Assembly (NCBI GenBank): GCA_022360445.1
Contig: JAKSCV010000059.1
Location: 11,897 to 75,896 of the forward strand
Source of the DNA: Gammaproteobacteria bacterium
Lineage (GTDB): Bacteria; Pseudomonadota; Gammaproteobacteria; UBA5861
Direction: 5' to 3'
Length of the DNA: 64,000 bases
Part shown: one piece after another, positions 1 through 7,343 of the stretch
Numbering within the stretch: the stretch's first letter is position 1
Layout: every line of letters starts with the position of its first letter
Program-made: the position numbers and the translations under genes
The notes under the pieces: generated by a model
What the model was told of the DNA's origin: nothing
Databases searched by the model: none
Seen by the model: the letters and a program-made list of their open reading frames with translations, nothing else

Positions 1-319
1 TGCTTTTGCTGCCGTCCGGTGCTCGCCAGTCACCCCAGGATGTTGAAATCATCTCAATGCGCTTAACAGCCGGGTGCAGGCGTAGATCGGCTTCAAAACG
101 CGCAGGAATTTCGCGTGCAAGATCAAAACTTTCGGTCTTTTTGTTTGCCACCCACAAATCCGCGCGGGATTTATCTATCACGATAGAGACTGTACCGAAC
201 ATGCCGAGCAGCAGCGCAACCTGTACCAGGATCAGGAGGCCCGAGAACGCCACGGCAAAGATTGCCGCCAGGTAGCGCTTCCACTCATGCAGTAATGTCG
301 AGCGAGCCAGAGAAATCAA
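1..319 (-). CDS. ABC transporter permease, FtsX/DevC-like, N-terminal part; the rest of the gene runs off the window
   Basis: Minus-strand translation LISLARSTLLHEWKRYLAAIFAVAFSGLLILVQVALLLGMFG... matches the N-terminus and first TM helix of DevC/MacB-type permeases. There is a TTG start with an AGGAAGAAAGG RBS. It is divergent from the TetR gene. Confidence 0.45.
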   Translation of the reverse strand, partial: MISLARSTLLHEWKRYLAAIFAVAFSGLLILVQVALLLGMFGTVSIVIDKSRADLWVANKKTESFDLAREIPARFEADLRLHPAVKRIEMISTSWGDWRAPDGSKS

Positions 320-403
320 GCCTTTCTTCCTATTTATAAAAGCGAATGTTCGTTCTCATTATCTTGACAAGAGAGTGGCTCGCATGTCAAGCTTTTTTGC
401 GAA

Positions 404-413
404 TGAATATTCA
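404..413. promoter_or_regulatory. Candidate TetR operator: perfect 10-bp palindrome TGAATATTCA in the divergent promoter region. A second inverted repeat CTTGACA-N15-TGTCAAG lies at about 363-391.
   Basis: The palindromes were read directly in the 110-bp intergenic region between the divergent ABC permease and the TetR gene. Confidence 0.3.
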
Positions 414-430
414 CTTTTGTATGGTGGTAC

Positions 431-1021
431 ATGAGAAAGCCTGATGAAGAACTGGCGCAGAAGAGAAAAAAACAGATTCTAGATGCGGCGATTGCCTGTT
501 TTCTGAAATCAGGCTTTCACAATACGGGCATGAAAGAAATCTGCACGGCAGCGAATATGAGCCCTGGTGCGTTGTATCGCTACTTCGACAGCAAGGGCTC
601 CATTATTCAGGCCATCGCGGAACGTGAACAACAGGAAATGACCGGTGCGCTCCAAGAATTGCGACGAGCAAGTAATCTTAAGCGGGCGCTTCTCATTTTT
701 ATGGAGGAATTTACCCGTGAAGCCTGCCGCATGCCCGAGAATATTCTCGGAACGGAGATTTTCGCTGAAAGCACCCGCAATAAAGAAGTAGCCAAGATAT
801 TGAAAAAGACAGAAGGTGATTTTCAGACCGGTATGAAGGCCCTGCTGCAAGACGCTGAGGCGGATGGGAAAATTATTCTGAAACTCAGTCCAGACGAAAC
901 GGCCAGAGCGATTTTATCGCTGGTATACGGTTTTAGCACACTCGCGCTTCTCGACAGAAAAACGGCGTCTAGAAAACATGCAAAACTATCAAGAATGATT
1001 CTGGAAAACCTTATCCGATGA
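431..1021 (+). CDS. TetR/AcrR family transcriptional regulator
   Basis: N-terminal HTH LDAAIACFLKSGFHNTGMKEICTAANMSPGALYRYFDSKGSI is typical of TetR_N. It is 196 aa and its stop overlaps the next gene (ATGA). Confidence 0.85.
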   Translation: MRKPDEELAQKRKKQILDAAIACFLKSGFHNTGMKEICTAANMSPGALYRYFDSKGSIIQAIAEREQQEMTGALQELRRASNLKRALLIFMEEFTREACRMPENILGTEIFAESTRNKEVAKILKKTEGDFQTGMKALLQDAEADGKIILKLSPDETARAILSLVYGFSTLALLDRKTASRKHAKLSRMILENLIR

Positions 1022-1929
1022 AGAGGTTCTCTCCCTTTCTTCTTACCACGCTTGGCTTGAGTGCGGTCACAATCAATCCGGTCATGGCTGCACCGGAACA
1101 GGGTATCGTGTTGAACTACGAGGTTTTCTCCGATAAGCAAAAGATCGGTGATATTCATAAAGAGCATGCGTTTGTCATGAACAGTGAAGATCGCTATGAG
1201 CAGGTCACTATCAGCACGCAGGTGCGGGCATCGGGCTGGTGGGGATCATGGTCATTGGATACGGAAAGCCGTTATGTCTTCTCCGGTCTGGATGTCTTGC
1301 GTTTCGGTCACAAGATTACAGAAGACGGCAAAAAATTCCATGTTGTGGGTGAAAAACTCGAAGACAGGCTCTGGGCCAGTGCGTCGGAAGTCAAAACCCA
1401 ACAGCTGATCGACGATGATGCGTTTTTCAATCTCGCCCTTGCTATAACGAATAAAGCCCCTTCACCAGGGGGTGAGGCTCTGATTGGAGAGGGGTTGTTG
1501 GGTGATGGCGCAAAGGCACAGAAAGAGATTCGAATCCCCATGAAGTCTTTTGTAAGCACAGTTGAAAAACTCCCCTCTCTGGCCCGGACGCATGGATACC
1601 GCCTTTCAGGAATAAAAGTAGAGTTCCTCGATTCGGGTGAGCTGGAAATCGTATCCTATGTTCTGAATTCAGTTGAGCAGGAAACGCTGAGCATCGATGG
1701 TCATGAGTATGATTGCTACGTCATCGAAGCGAAAACGCCTGAAGGTGAAGCGAAATACTGGATCGCCGAAGTTCAGGGCGAGGTCTTCCTGGTTCGGGAA
1801 ACCGGCCACGATTCCGACGGGCCTTATGAAATTGTTTTAAGGGAACTCAAGACCAAACCAGGCAACGGCGGGTATGGGAAAACCGATAGGAGGCTTAGTT
1901 ACAGACGGGTTATTGGGCTAATTCGCTAA
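1018..1929 (+). CDS. Secreted hypothetical protein with a signal peptide, translationally coupled to tetR
   Basis: N-terminus MKRFSPFLLTTLGLSAVTINPVMAAPEQ looks like a cleavable signal peptide. I recognised no family. It overlaps the TetR stop by 4 nt. Confidence 0.6.
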   Translation: MKRFSPFLLTTLGLSAVTINPVMAAPEQGIVLNYEVFSDKQKIGDIHKEHAFVMNSEDRYEQVTISTQVRASGWWGSWSLDTESRYVFSGLDVLRFGHKITEDGKKFHVVGEKLEDRLWASASEVKTQQLIDDDAFFNLALAITNKAPSPGGEALIGEGLLGDGAKAQKEIRIPMKSFVSTVEKLPSLARTHGYRLSGIKVEFLDSGELEIVSYVLNSVEQETLSIDGHEYDCYVIEAKTPEGEAKYWIAEVQGEVFLVRETGHDSDGPYEIVLRELKTKPGNGGYGKTDRRLSYRRVIGLIR

Positions 1930-2413
1930 ACAGCGGAAGCGAGTTACGGAGGCTATAGACAGTTTGTGAAAGAAGGAAAAAATCAACCTTTCTCTTGGAT
2001 GCAGTAGTAAGAGTCAAGTGTATTTGGGGTGGGATGAACGTGTACAGAATACCCAATGTCCGCTAAGCGATGCCCCATTGTTAGATGACATCCCCCAGCG
2101 ACAAAAGCGGGCCTTGTAAGCGCGCTTGCTTACGATGTTGAAACGTCTGATCGTAACGAAGTGATGGTACGAACGTATTTGAGCCGCCATGATGCGTTGT
2201 CAGAAGTTGTGCGCATTTAGGGTGTGAGCTATGCGGCGACAAGTCGAGCATTAAAGAAATTTGAGAGAGTGTGAGGCATTAATTTCCTGTGTAAAAATAC
2301 GGCCATGAGTTCATGGCTATCCTCCCATGCAGGAATCCTGAAGTGGTTACCATTCGGCTTTGACCCCTTAAATTAGAACCTCCTTTGATACAGGTATTCA
2401 CCAAGAGGTAAAA

Positions 2414-2464
2414 TACCAACCGGCCGGTTCAGCAAGAGATCTGAACGGCCGGTTGGTATTTTTC
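2414..2464. terminator. Bidirectional rho-independent terminator hairpin
   Basis: ATACCAACCGGCCGGTTCAG-loop-CTGAACGGCCGGTTGGTAT followed by TTTT, with an A-run before it, immediately 3' of the minus-strand lipoprotein gene. Confidence 0.7.
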
Positions 2465-2466
2465 AG

Positions 2467-4269
2467 CTATTGCGTTATTAAATCGATCTGGAAAAACGCT
2501 GTCGTGCCGCTCACTTCGTTGCCCACGATCAACATCGCCTCGCCATTCGGGCTGTCTTCCGCCGCAACAAATTTGATGGATTCAGGCCCCAGATCACCGG
2601 CCTGCGAGAGGTCAGCTTCAACATCGGCCACCGTGAAATCGCGGGTGTTGATGTATTGCACAAATTGCGCTGATTCCGGTTGGGAAATGTCGTAAACCAT
2701 GATGCCACCGACGCGCTCCAGACCAATAAACGCATAGAGCCGACCGCCGAACTCACCGATTTCAATCGCTTCGGGTTCCGGGCCCTTATCATCGGAGCGA
2801 TCATCGCCGCCATTTTCATCATTCGTCGCGTTGAAGTCTTCGCCCAATCGATTCGCAGTGATCACTTCAAAATCGTTGCCCGAGTCGAATACAGGCATTC
2901 CGGTTGCGCTGTTCCAGATTGTGAATGAACGCGCGCCATAGGAGTACAAGGCTTCGTAGTGACAATCGGTACCCGGTTGGCCGGTGGTGGCAAGGTCTGT
3001 ACACGCACCGGTAACGCCGAGATCGGTCATGACCTTGAGGCGGCCCAGTTTATCGCTATCCTGAAAGTCTGCGCCGGCACGAGCAATCAGGTCGGCATCG
3101 ATTGTTGCACCGTTGTCCGTGAGGTCTTTGATACGGATTTCATCCAGATAGTGAAAACAATCGCCATCATCAAAATCAAAGCCGCCCTGGGCAGTACAGT
3201 CAGCCGCATCCACGGCATCGGTCAGATATTCGCGCCCATCACCTTCATTTGCCGTGACGATATAGGTTGTACCGTTGAACTCGAAGGTGTCTGCTGAATC
3301 TGGCATATAGACACCAAACACCGGTACGCTGCGGATGTTAACGCCGTTGTCCTCGTTGCTCGGATCAATTTCATTGCCGGGGATGGAGTAGTCCTTAAAA
3401 CCCAGTGAACGAATGGCGGTGATGGTGTTAGAGCTCAGGTCCAAAGTCGCCATGGCATTGTTTTCCTGGAGCACAATATAGGCTTCGCTGCTGTCTCCGG
3501 AAACCGCAACGTATTCCGGCTCCAGATCCTGGGCGACGGAGGCCGCCTTGGCGGAAATGCGAACATTACCCGTCAGGCTCAGGCTGCCACCGGTATTAAA
3601 CTCGGTAAAGTCAACCTGTGTGACATTGGCAGCGGTCACACTAGCGGCACCGCCGGATACGTCAATAACTGTGACACTGCCTTGGGGGTCTACCGAGTAG
3701 TCGCCATTAGGTTCGCCTTCATTGGCTGCAATGACGGTGTTACCGTCCGGCGTAAAGGTCACCATATCTGGCAGGGCACCAGCTTCAACGGCACTCAGAA
3801 ATGTACCATCGGTCTGGTAAAAAGCAATGTAGCCGTTGTCTTGCTTGGTATCGGCTTCAATAGCAACCGCAAGGGTATTGCCGCTGACCGCAACGCTATT
3901 GGCCGCACCCAGATCGCTGGCACTCAGGCTCATCGCCGTGGCCACATCTGCGGCTACGTCCAAAGACTGGCTGAGCGTTGGGCTGGCCGGTGAAGAGGCA
4001 TCGATCACATCAATTTGACCCGAGTTAGCGTTGACTACAAAGGCCATGTCAGTGGCCGGATCGAAATCGACAATTTCCGCCGCGGATTCGTCAAATTCTC
4101 CGGTTTCATAGCGCCCGATAAAAGACAGGGCAATTGAGCTGACTGTGGCGTCAACACCATCAGTGCCGTTAATACCATCGACACCGTCAGTGCCATCGTC
4201 GCCAGAACAGGCGGTGATCATGATCGGTAAGAGAAGGACAGGTAAGGCGAGCAAGTTTTTCCAGCGCAT
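2467..4269 (-). CDS. Lipoprotein with a short collagen-like GXY stretch and a large beta-propeller domain (choice-of-anchor I / phytase-like)
   Basis: Lipobox LLLPIMITAC, then SGDDGTDGVDGINGTDGVDA (GXY triplets). Repeated Asp/Gly-rich blades and the C-terminus SPNGEAMLIVGNEVSGTTAFFQIDL resemble choice-of-anchor-I proteins. Confidence 0.6.
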   Translation of the reverse strand: MRWKNLLALPVLLLPIMITACSGDDGTDGVDGINGTDGVDATVSSIALSFIGRYETGEFDESAAEIVDFDPATDMAFVVNANSGQIDVIDASSPASPTLSQSLDVAADVATAMSLSASDLGAANSVAVSGNTLAVAIEADTKQDNGYIAFYQTDGTFLSAVEAGALPDMVTFTPDGNTVIAANEGEPNGDYSVDPQGSVTVIDVSGGAASVTAANVTQVDFTEFNTGGSLSLTGNVRISAKAASVAQDLEPEYVAVSGDSSEAYIVLQENNAMATLDLSSNTITAIRSLGFKDYSIPGNEIDPSNEDNGVNIRSVPVFGVYMPDSADTFEFNGTTYIVTANEGDGREYLTDAVDAADCTAQGGFDFDDGDCFHYLDEIRIKDLTDNGATIDADLIARAGADFQDSDKLGRLKVMTDLGVTGACTDLATTGQPGTDCHYEALYSYGARSFTIWNSATGMPVFDSGNDFEVITANRLGEDFNATNDENGGDDRSDDKGPEPEAIEIGEFGGRLYAFIGLERVGGIMVYDISQPESAQFVQYINTRDFTVADVEADLSQAGDLGPESIKFVAAEDSPNGEAMLIVGNEVSGTTAFFQIDLITQ

Positions 4270-4448
4270 TATTAAGCTCCAGGGTTGGGTGGATTAAGTA
4301 ATTCAACCCGTTAACTTGCCGTGTATTTGTTACAAGCTTATATCAGTTTAGAAAAAACTTGTCGTGAGTATGTCTCCAATGCGATATCGACGGATACAGT
4401 CAGTCCAAGGACCGTCATCATTGCTTGAACGTTCATTTGGCCCCAATG

Positions 4449-4549
4449 TTTCATTTTTCTCGTTCCCACGCTCCTGTGTGGGAACGCCGATCTTTCGGAA
4501 GAACAGAGTCAGGTATGGGTTCCCAAGGAAGACCGTGGGAGCCAGTGAA
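4449..4549 (+). repeat. Double-hairpin ~100-bp repeat element, copy 1 (REP/MITE-like)
   Basis: TTTTCTCGTTCCCACGCTCCTGTGTGGGAACG...TATGGGTTCCCAAGGAAGACCGTGGGAGCC. Two stem-loops share the arms TTCCCA/TGGGAA. It is about 85% identical to the copy at 7112-7215 in the same orientation. Confidence 0.75.
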
Positions 4550-4599
4550 CTTAACTAAAGCACGTTAATCAATCGAGTCTGACCCCATTCACTACGCTC

Positions 4600-4641
4600 G
4601 TTTTTGTGTGTGTCGCTGCGCTCAATTTTCACACAAAAACG
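4600..4641. terminator. Perfect 12-bp inverted repeat CGTTTTTGTGTG-N18-CACACAAAAACG; possible terminator 3' of marR
   Basis: Read directly. It lies 30 bp beyond the marR stop on the minus strand. Confidence 0.35.
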
Positions 4642-4672
4642 ATCTCCGCAGCATGTGCCGGTGAGTTTGGCG

Positions 4673-5116
4673 TTAGGTTTCAAGAGAATCTATCAGCTTC
4701 AGCAATACTGATAAAGTCAGTTGTAAATCTGAGCTGGTAATCTTGCTAGAAATGGAGTTTGCCCAAGGTATTTGTTTTTGTGTCAATTGATAATATGCAT
4801 TCTTTCCTTCTAGAGTTAGTTCTACCAACTTAGCTTTCTTGTGATGTGGATTATTCTTGAACGTCAGTAACTCATCATTTTCCATTTCATTCACCAGCCT
4901 CTGTACTGCCTGTCTTGTTTGCCCCATATTTCTGGCAATTTGAGGAACCGTCATTGGGGTAGGTGACAAACTAATTGCTCCAAGTATTTTCCAACGAGCA
5001 CTGCTTAAACCCTGTTCTTTTGTAAGCTCATCCCCTTCAAGTATCAATAAACCATTAAGTTTAAAAATTTCCAAAACAATATCGGTAAATAGCCTTCCTT
5101 CTTTCGTATGTTTCAT
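4673..5116 (-). CDS. MarR family transcriptional regulator
   Basis: Winged-helix region LSSARWKILGAISLSPTPMTVPQIARNMGQTRQAVQRLVNEMENDELL. The ORF-track start at 5158 is a TTG; Met15 at 5116 (MKHTKEG) is the more plausible start. The gene is low-GC. Confidence 0.8.
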   Translation of the reverse strand: MKHTKEGRLFTDIVLEIFKLNGLLILEGDELTKEQGLSSARWKILGAISLSPTPMTVPQIARNMGQTRQAVQRLVNEMENDELLTFKNNPHHKKAKLVELTLEGKNAYYQLTQKQIPWANSISSKITSSDLQLTLSVLLKLIDSLET

Positions 5117-5138
5117 GTCTGCCCTCTTAACTAACAGT

Positions 5139-5158
5139 TGTTGACAACATATTGTCAA
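5139..5158. promoter_or_regulatory. Candidate MarR operator: palindrome TGTTGACAACA overlapping the inverted repeat TTGACA-N6-TGTCAA. A further TGTCAA half-site lies near 5191.
   Basis: Read directly in the divergent marR / membrane-protein intergenic region. The region also contains -35/-10-like hexamers. Confidence 0.4.
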
Positions 5159-5228
5159 ATTGCTCTTCTAATGCTAATATGGTAACACATTGTCAATTAT
5201 TAGGCTATTTTAAGAGAGGTGTATCGAA

Positions 5229-5705
5229 ATGTATAAACCAGTAAAGGTGCTTCATATAATTGGAGTCATTATGTTTTTTGGAAGTATTCTTACTCATGCC
5301 ATTGCTGGAGTTGTCTCATCTGCAAGCGACAACACTCAGGTGTTACATACAGTAAGAGAAGTGATACAAACCGAAACTTATTTTCTAACCATTCCCGGCT
5401 TCATTCTCTTTACGATCACAGGTATTACTCTGTTATTCGTAGGCAAGCTACCAATTACAAAACTTCGCTGGCTAGCGGTGCATGTTTGTCTCGGAATATT
5501 GGTGATACTAAATGCTGTTTTTATACTTCTTCCAGTTGGTACAGAGATACTAGAAGCATCCCAAAATATGGTTATAGGTACAGGGTCAATTGAAGATTTT
5601 CAGCAATTAAAAAATAAAGAAGCAATTTTCGGTGTTCTGAATATTATTTCCTGTTTAGTTTTGGTGACACTAGCAGTGATCAAACCAAAATTAGGTGCTA
5701 AATAA
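5229..5705 (+). CDS. Small integral membrane protein, 4 TM helices, DUF2269-like
   Basis: MYKPVKVLHIIGVIMFFGSILTHAIAG... with four hydrophobic segments. It is AT-rich and divergent from marR. Confidence 0.6.
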   Translation: MYKPVKVLHIIGVIMFFGSILTHAIAGVVSSASDNTQVLHTVREVIQTETYFLTIPGFILFTITGITLLFVGKLPITKLRWLAVHVCLGILVILNAVFILLPVGTEILEASQNMVIGTGSIEDFQQLKNKEAIFGVLNIISCLVLVTLAVIKPKLGAK

Positions 5706-6280
5706 TGGATTATCCAATATTAAAATATCTACATGTACTTGGAGCGGTTCTCATGGGGGCAGGGCTAATTGGTGTCTGGCTTGCTGACTTGAGATCAAGA
5801 CAGCACCGAGACTTAATTAGGTTTTCAGAAGCAATTCGCTACATCGCAGTATTTTATGATGGAGTGGTTGTACCAGGCGCCTTAATCTTATTTTTTTCTG
5901 GTACTTGGTTTACTGTCCAATATTATGGTGGTTGGAGCTTTCTAGAAATACCATGGCTCACAGGAATGATAGTATTATTTGCTTTTGAATTTATTGAGGG
6001 TAACACCATTACAAGAATGTATTTTATGAAGCTCCGCCGCCTAACAGATGCAGCATTAAAAGAAGGTGAAATAACGCCTGAACTAAAAAAAGAGAGAGAA
6101 AAGCTAGTTCCTTCTTTTACGCACTACCTTGATCTGCCAATGCTTTTTCTTATAATTGCTTTAGGTGTTATAAAGCCAACCACATGGGGTACTTTCATTT
6201 ATGGTTCTATTTTAGCCGTAGCATTAGCATCGTTTTTTACTGTTATTATTCCACGCATGTACCCTTGGGGAAGTAGATAA
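5705..6280 (+). CDS. Integral membrane protein, DUF2269-like paralog of the upstream gene
   Basis: MDYPILKYLHVLGAVLMGAGLIGVWLADL... shares the same KxLHxxG N-terminal pattern. Its start overlaps the upstream stop by 1 nt. Confidence 0.6.
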   Translation: MDYPILKYLHVLGAVLMGAGLIGVWLADLRSRQHRDLIRFSEAIRYIAVFYDGVVVPGALILFFSGTWFTVQYYGGWSFLEIPWLTGMIVLFAFEFIEGNTITRMYFMKLRRLTDAALKEGEITPELKKEREKLVPSFTHYLDLPMLFLIIALGVIKPTTWGTFIYGSILAVALASFFTVIIPRMYPWGSR

Positions 6281-6388
6281 AATAAAAAACCTAACAAAGC
6301 GTATTAAGTCGGGCATTTTAAGCCACGCCGCTGCACTCTGTGGCTTAAAAATCCCGCTTGTGCGCGACGTTAGCTCCAAAAGAGAATC

Positions 6389-7032
6389 ATGGCACATTTA
6401 AACGAAAAGGAAGGCTCCATTGTCAGTCATTGCCCTGGTTGTCGCGGTGGTAGAAGTACTTTCGAATGGAAGGTAGATGGTCGCGAAATTGGAGCGCTGG
6501 AAAGAAGAGAAGAAGATCGACATTTAATCGTCTTATCAGGTTTTTCCCAGAAGCAAAACAGCGCCTACCTATTCCACGCTCAGTCCCGCCGGGTATAGTT
6601 ACAGAGTTTCGAGAGGCCGAAACCTGTTTGGAGAACCAGTGCATTAGGGCTTCTGCAGGTTTAATTCGTTCCGTACTTGATAAAACTCTGCGTGCTAACG
6701 GCTATAAAACTAAGCAAGAATCCAATTTGTATAAGCAAATCGAAGCGGCCGCAGAAGATGATGTCATAACGCAGGCAAGAAAGCGCCGAGCACATGGTGA
6801 AATTAGAGTTTTAGGCAACGATGTCCTGCACGATGATTGGCATGAAATACCAGAGGAAGATGTTGAGGCGGCAAGACATTACTGCCAGAGAATCCTAGAA
6901 GATTTTTATGATGATCGCGAATCAGTTCTAGCGTTGCTAAGAGAAGCCGGGAGAGTACCCGAAGAGGATCGCGAAGTAGGGGCGGAAGATAGTGGCGATT
7001 CAGTCCTTAATACTAGCGCACTCAGTGGGTAG
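6389..7032 (+). pseudogene. DUF4145-domain protein, apparently frameshifted: N-terminal Cys-rich segment in one frame, DUF4145 core in the +2 frame
   Basis: Frame A gives MAHLNEKEGSIVSHCPGCRGG.... Frame B (ORF 6466..7032) gives VPPGIVTEFREAETCLENQCIRASAGLIRSVLDKTLRANGYK...HGEIRVLGNDVLHD, which matches the DUF4145 core. The first ~35 aa of frame B are Arg-rich and not protein-like. Confidence 0.45.
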
Positions 7033-7111
7033 GTCCGGTGGTATGCGTCACAAGAGGGGTATCTCTTTAAACATTAGGTGAATATTCCCATCGCTCCGTT
7101 GTACACTAGTT

Positions 7112-7215
7112 TGTTTTTTCTCGTTCCCACGCTCCTGCGTGGGAATGCAGACCTTTCGGAAAAACACACACAGTCGAGTATGGGTTCCCACGGAAGACCG
7201 TGGGAATCAGCGGAA
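7112..7215 (+). repeat. Double-hairpin ~100-bp repeat element, copy 2
   Basis: TTTTTCTCGTTCCCACGCTCCTGCGTGGGAATG...TATGGGTTCCCACGGAAGACCGTGGGAATC. It is a direct repeat of the element at 4449-4549. Confidence 0.75.
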
Positions 7216-7343
7216 CAACGATGGTGGAATCCCCCTCATTGCCGTGATGTATCTGAGGACGTTATGTGAGCGGGCAGAAATCAAAGAGCTTGTCTGTCAC
7301 ACCATAGCTGAAGGGCGGCGCGATTTGTTTTCTGGGGCTGTGT

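Noticed and set aside
6-275. 89-aa plus-strand ORF at the window start
   Set aside because: The minus strand here encodes a convincing DevC/FtsX-type permease N-terminus with an RBS. The plus ORF is Arg/Ser-rich and implausible.
4150-4215. Short tandem-like nucleotide periodicity (GTGCCGT/ATCGACACC) near the 5' end of the lipoprotein gene
   Set aside because: It is explained by the GXY triplet repeat in the encoded protein. It is too short and in-frame to be a CRISPR or VNTR array.
6330-6366. Hairpin AAGCCAC-N-GTGGCTT downstream of the second DUF2269 gene
   Set aside because: The T-run precedes and the A-run follows the stem on both strands, the opposite of a rho-independent terminator. It is not called as a terminator.
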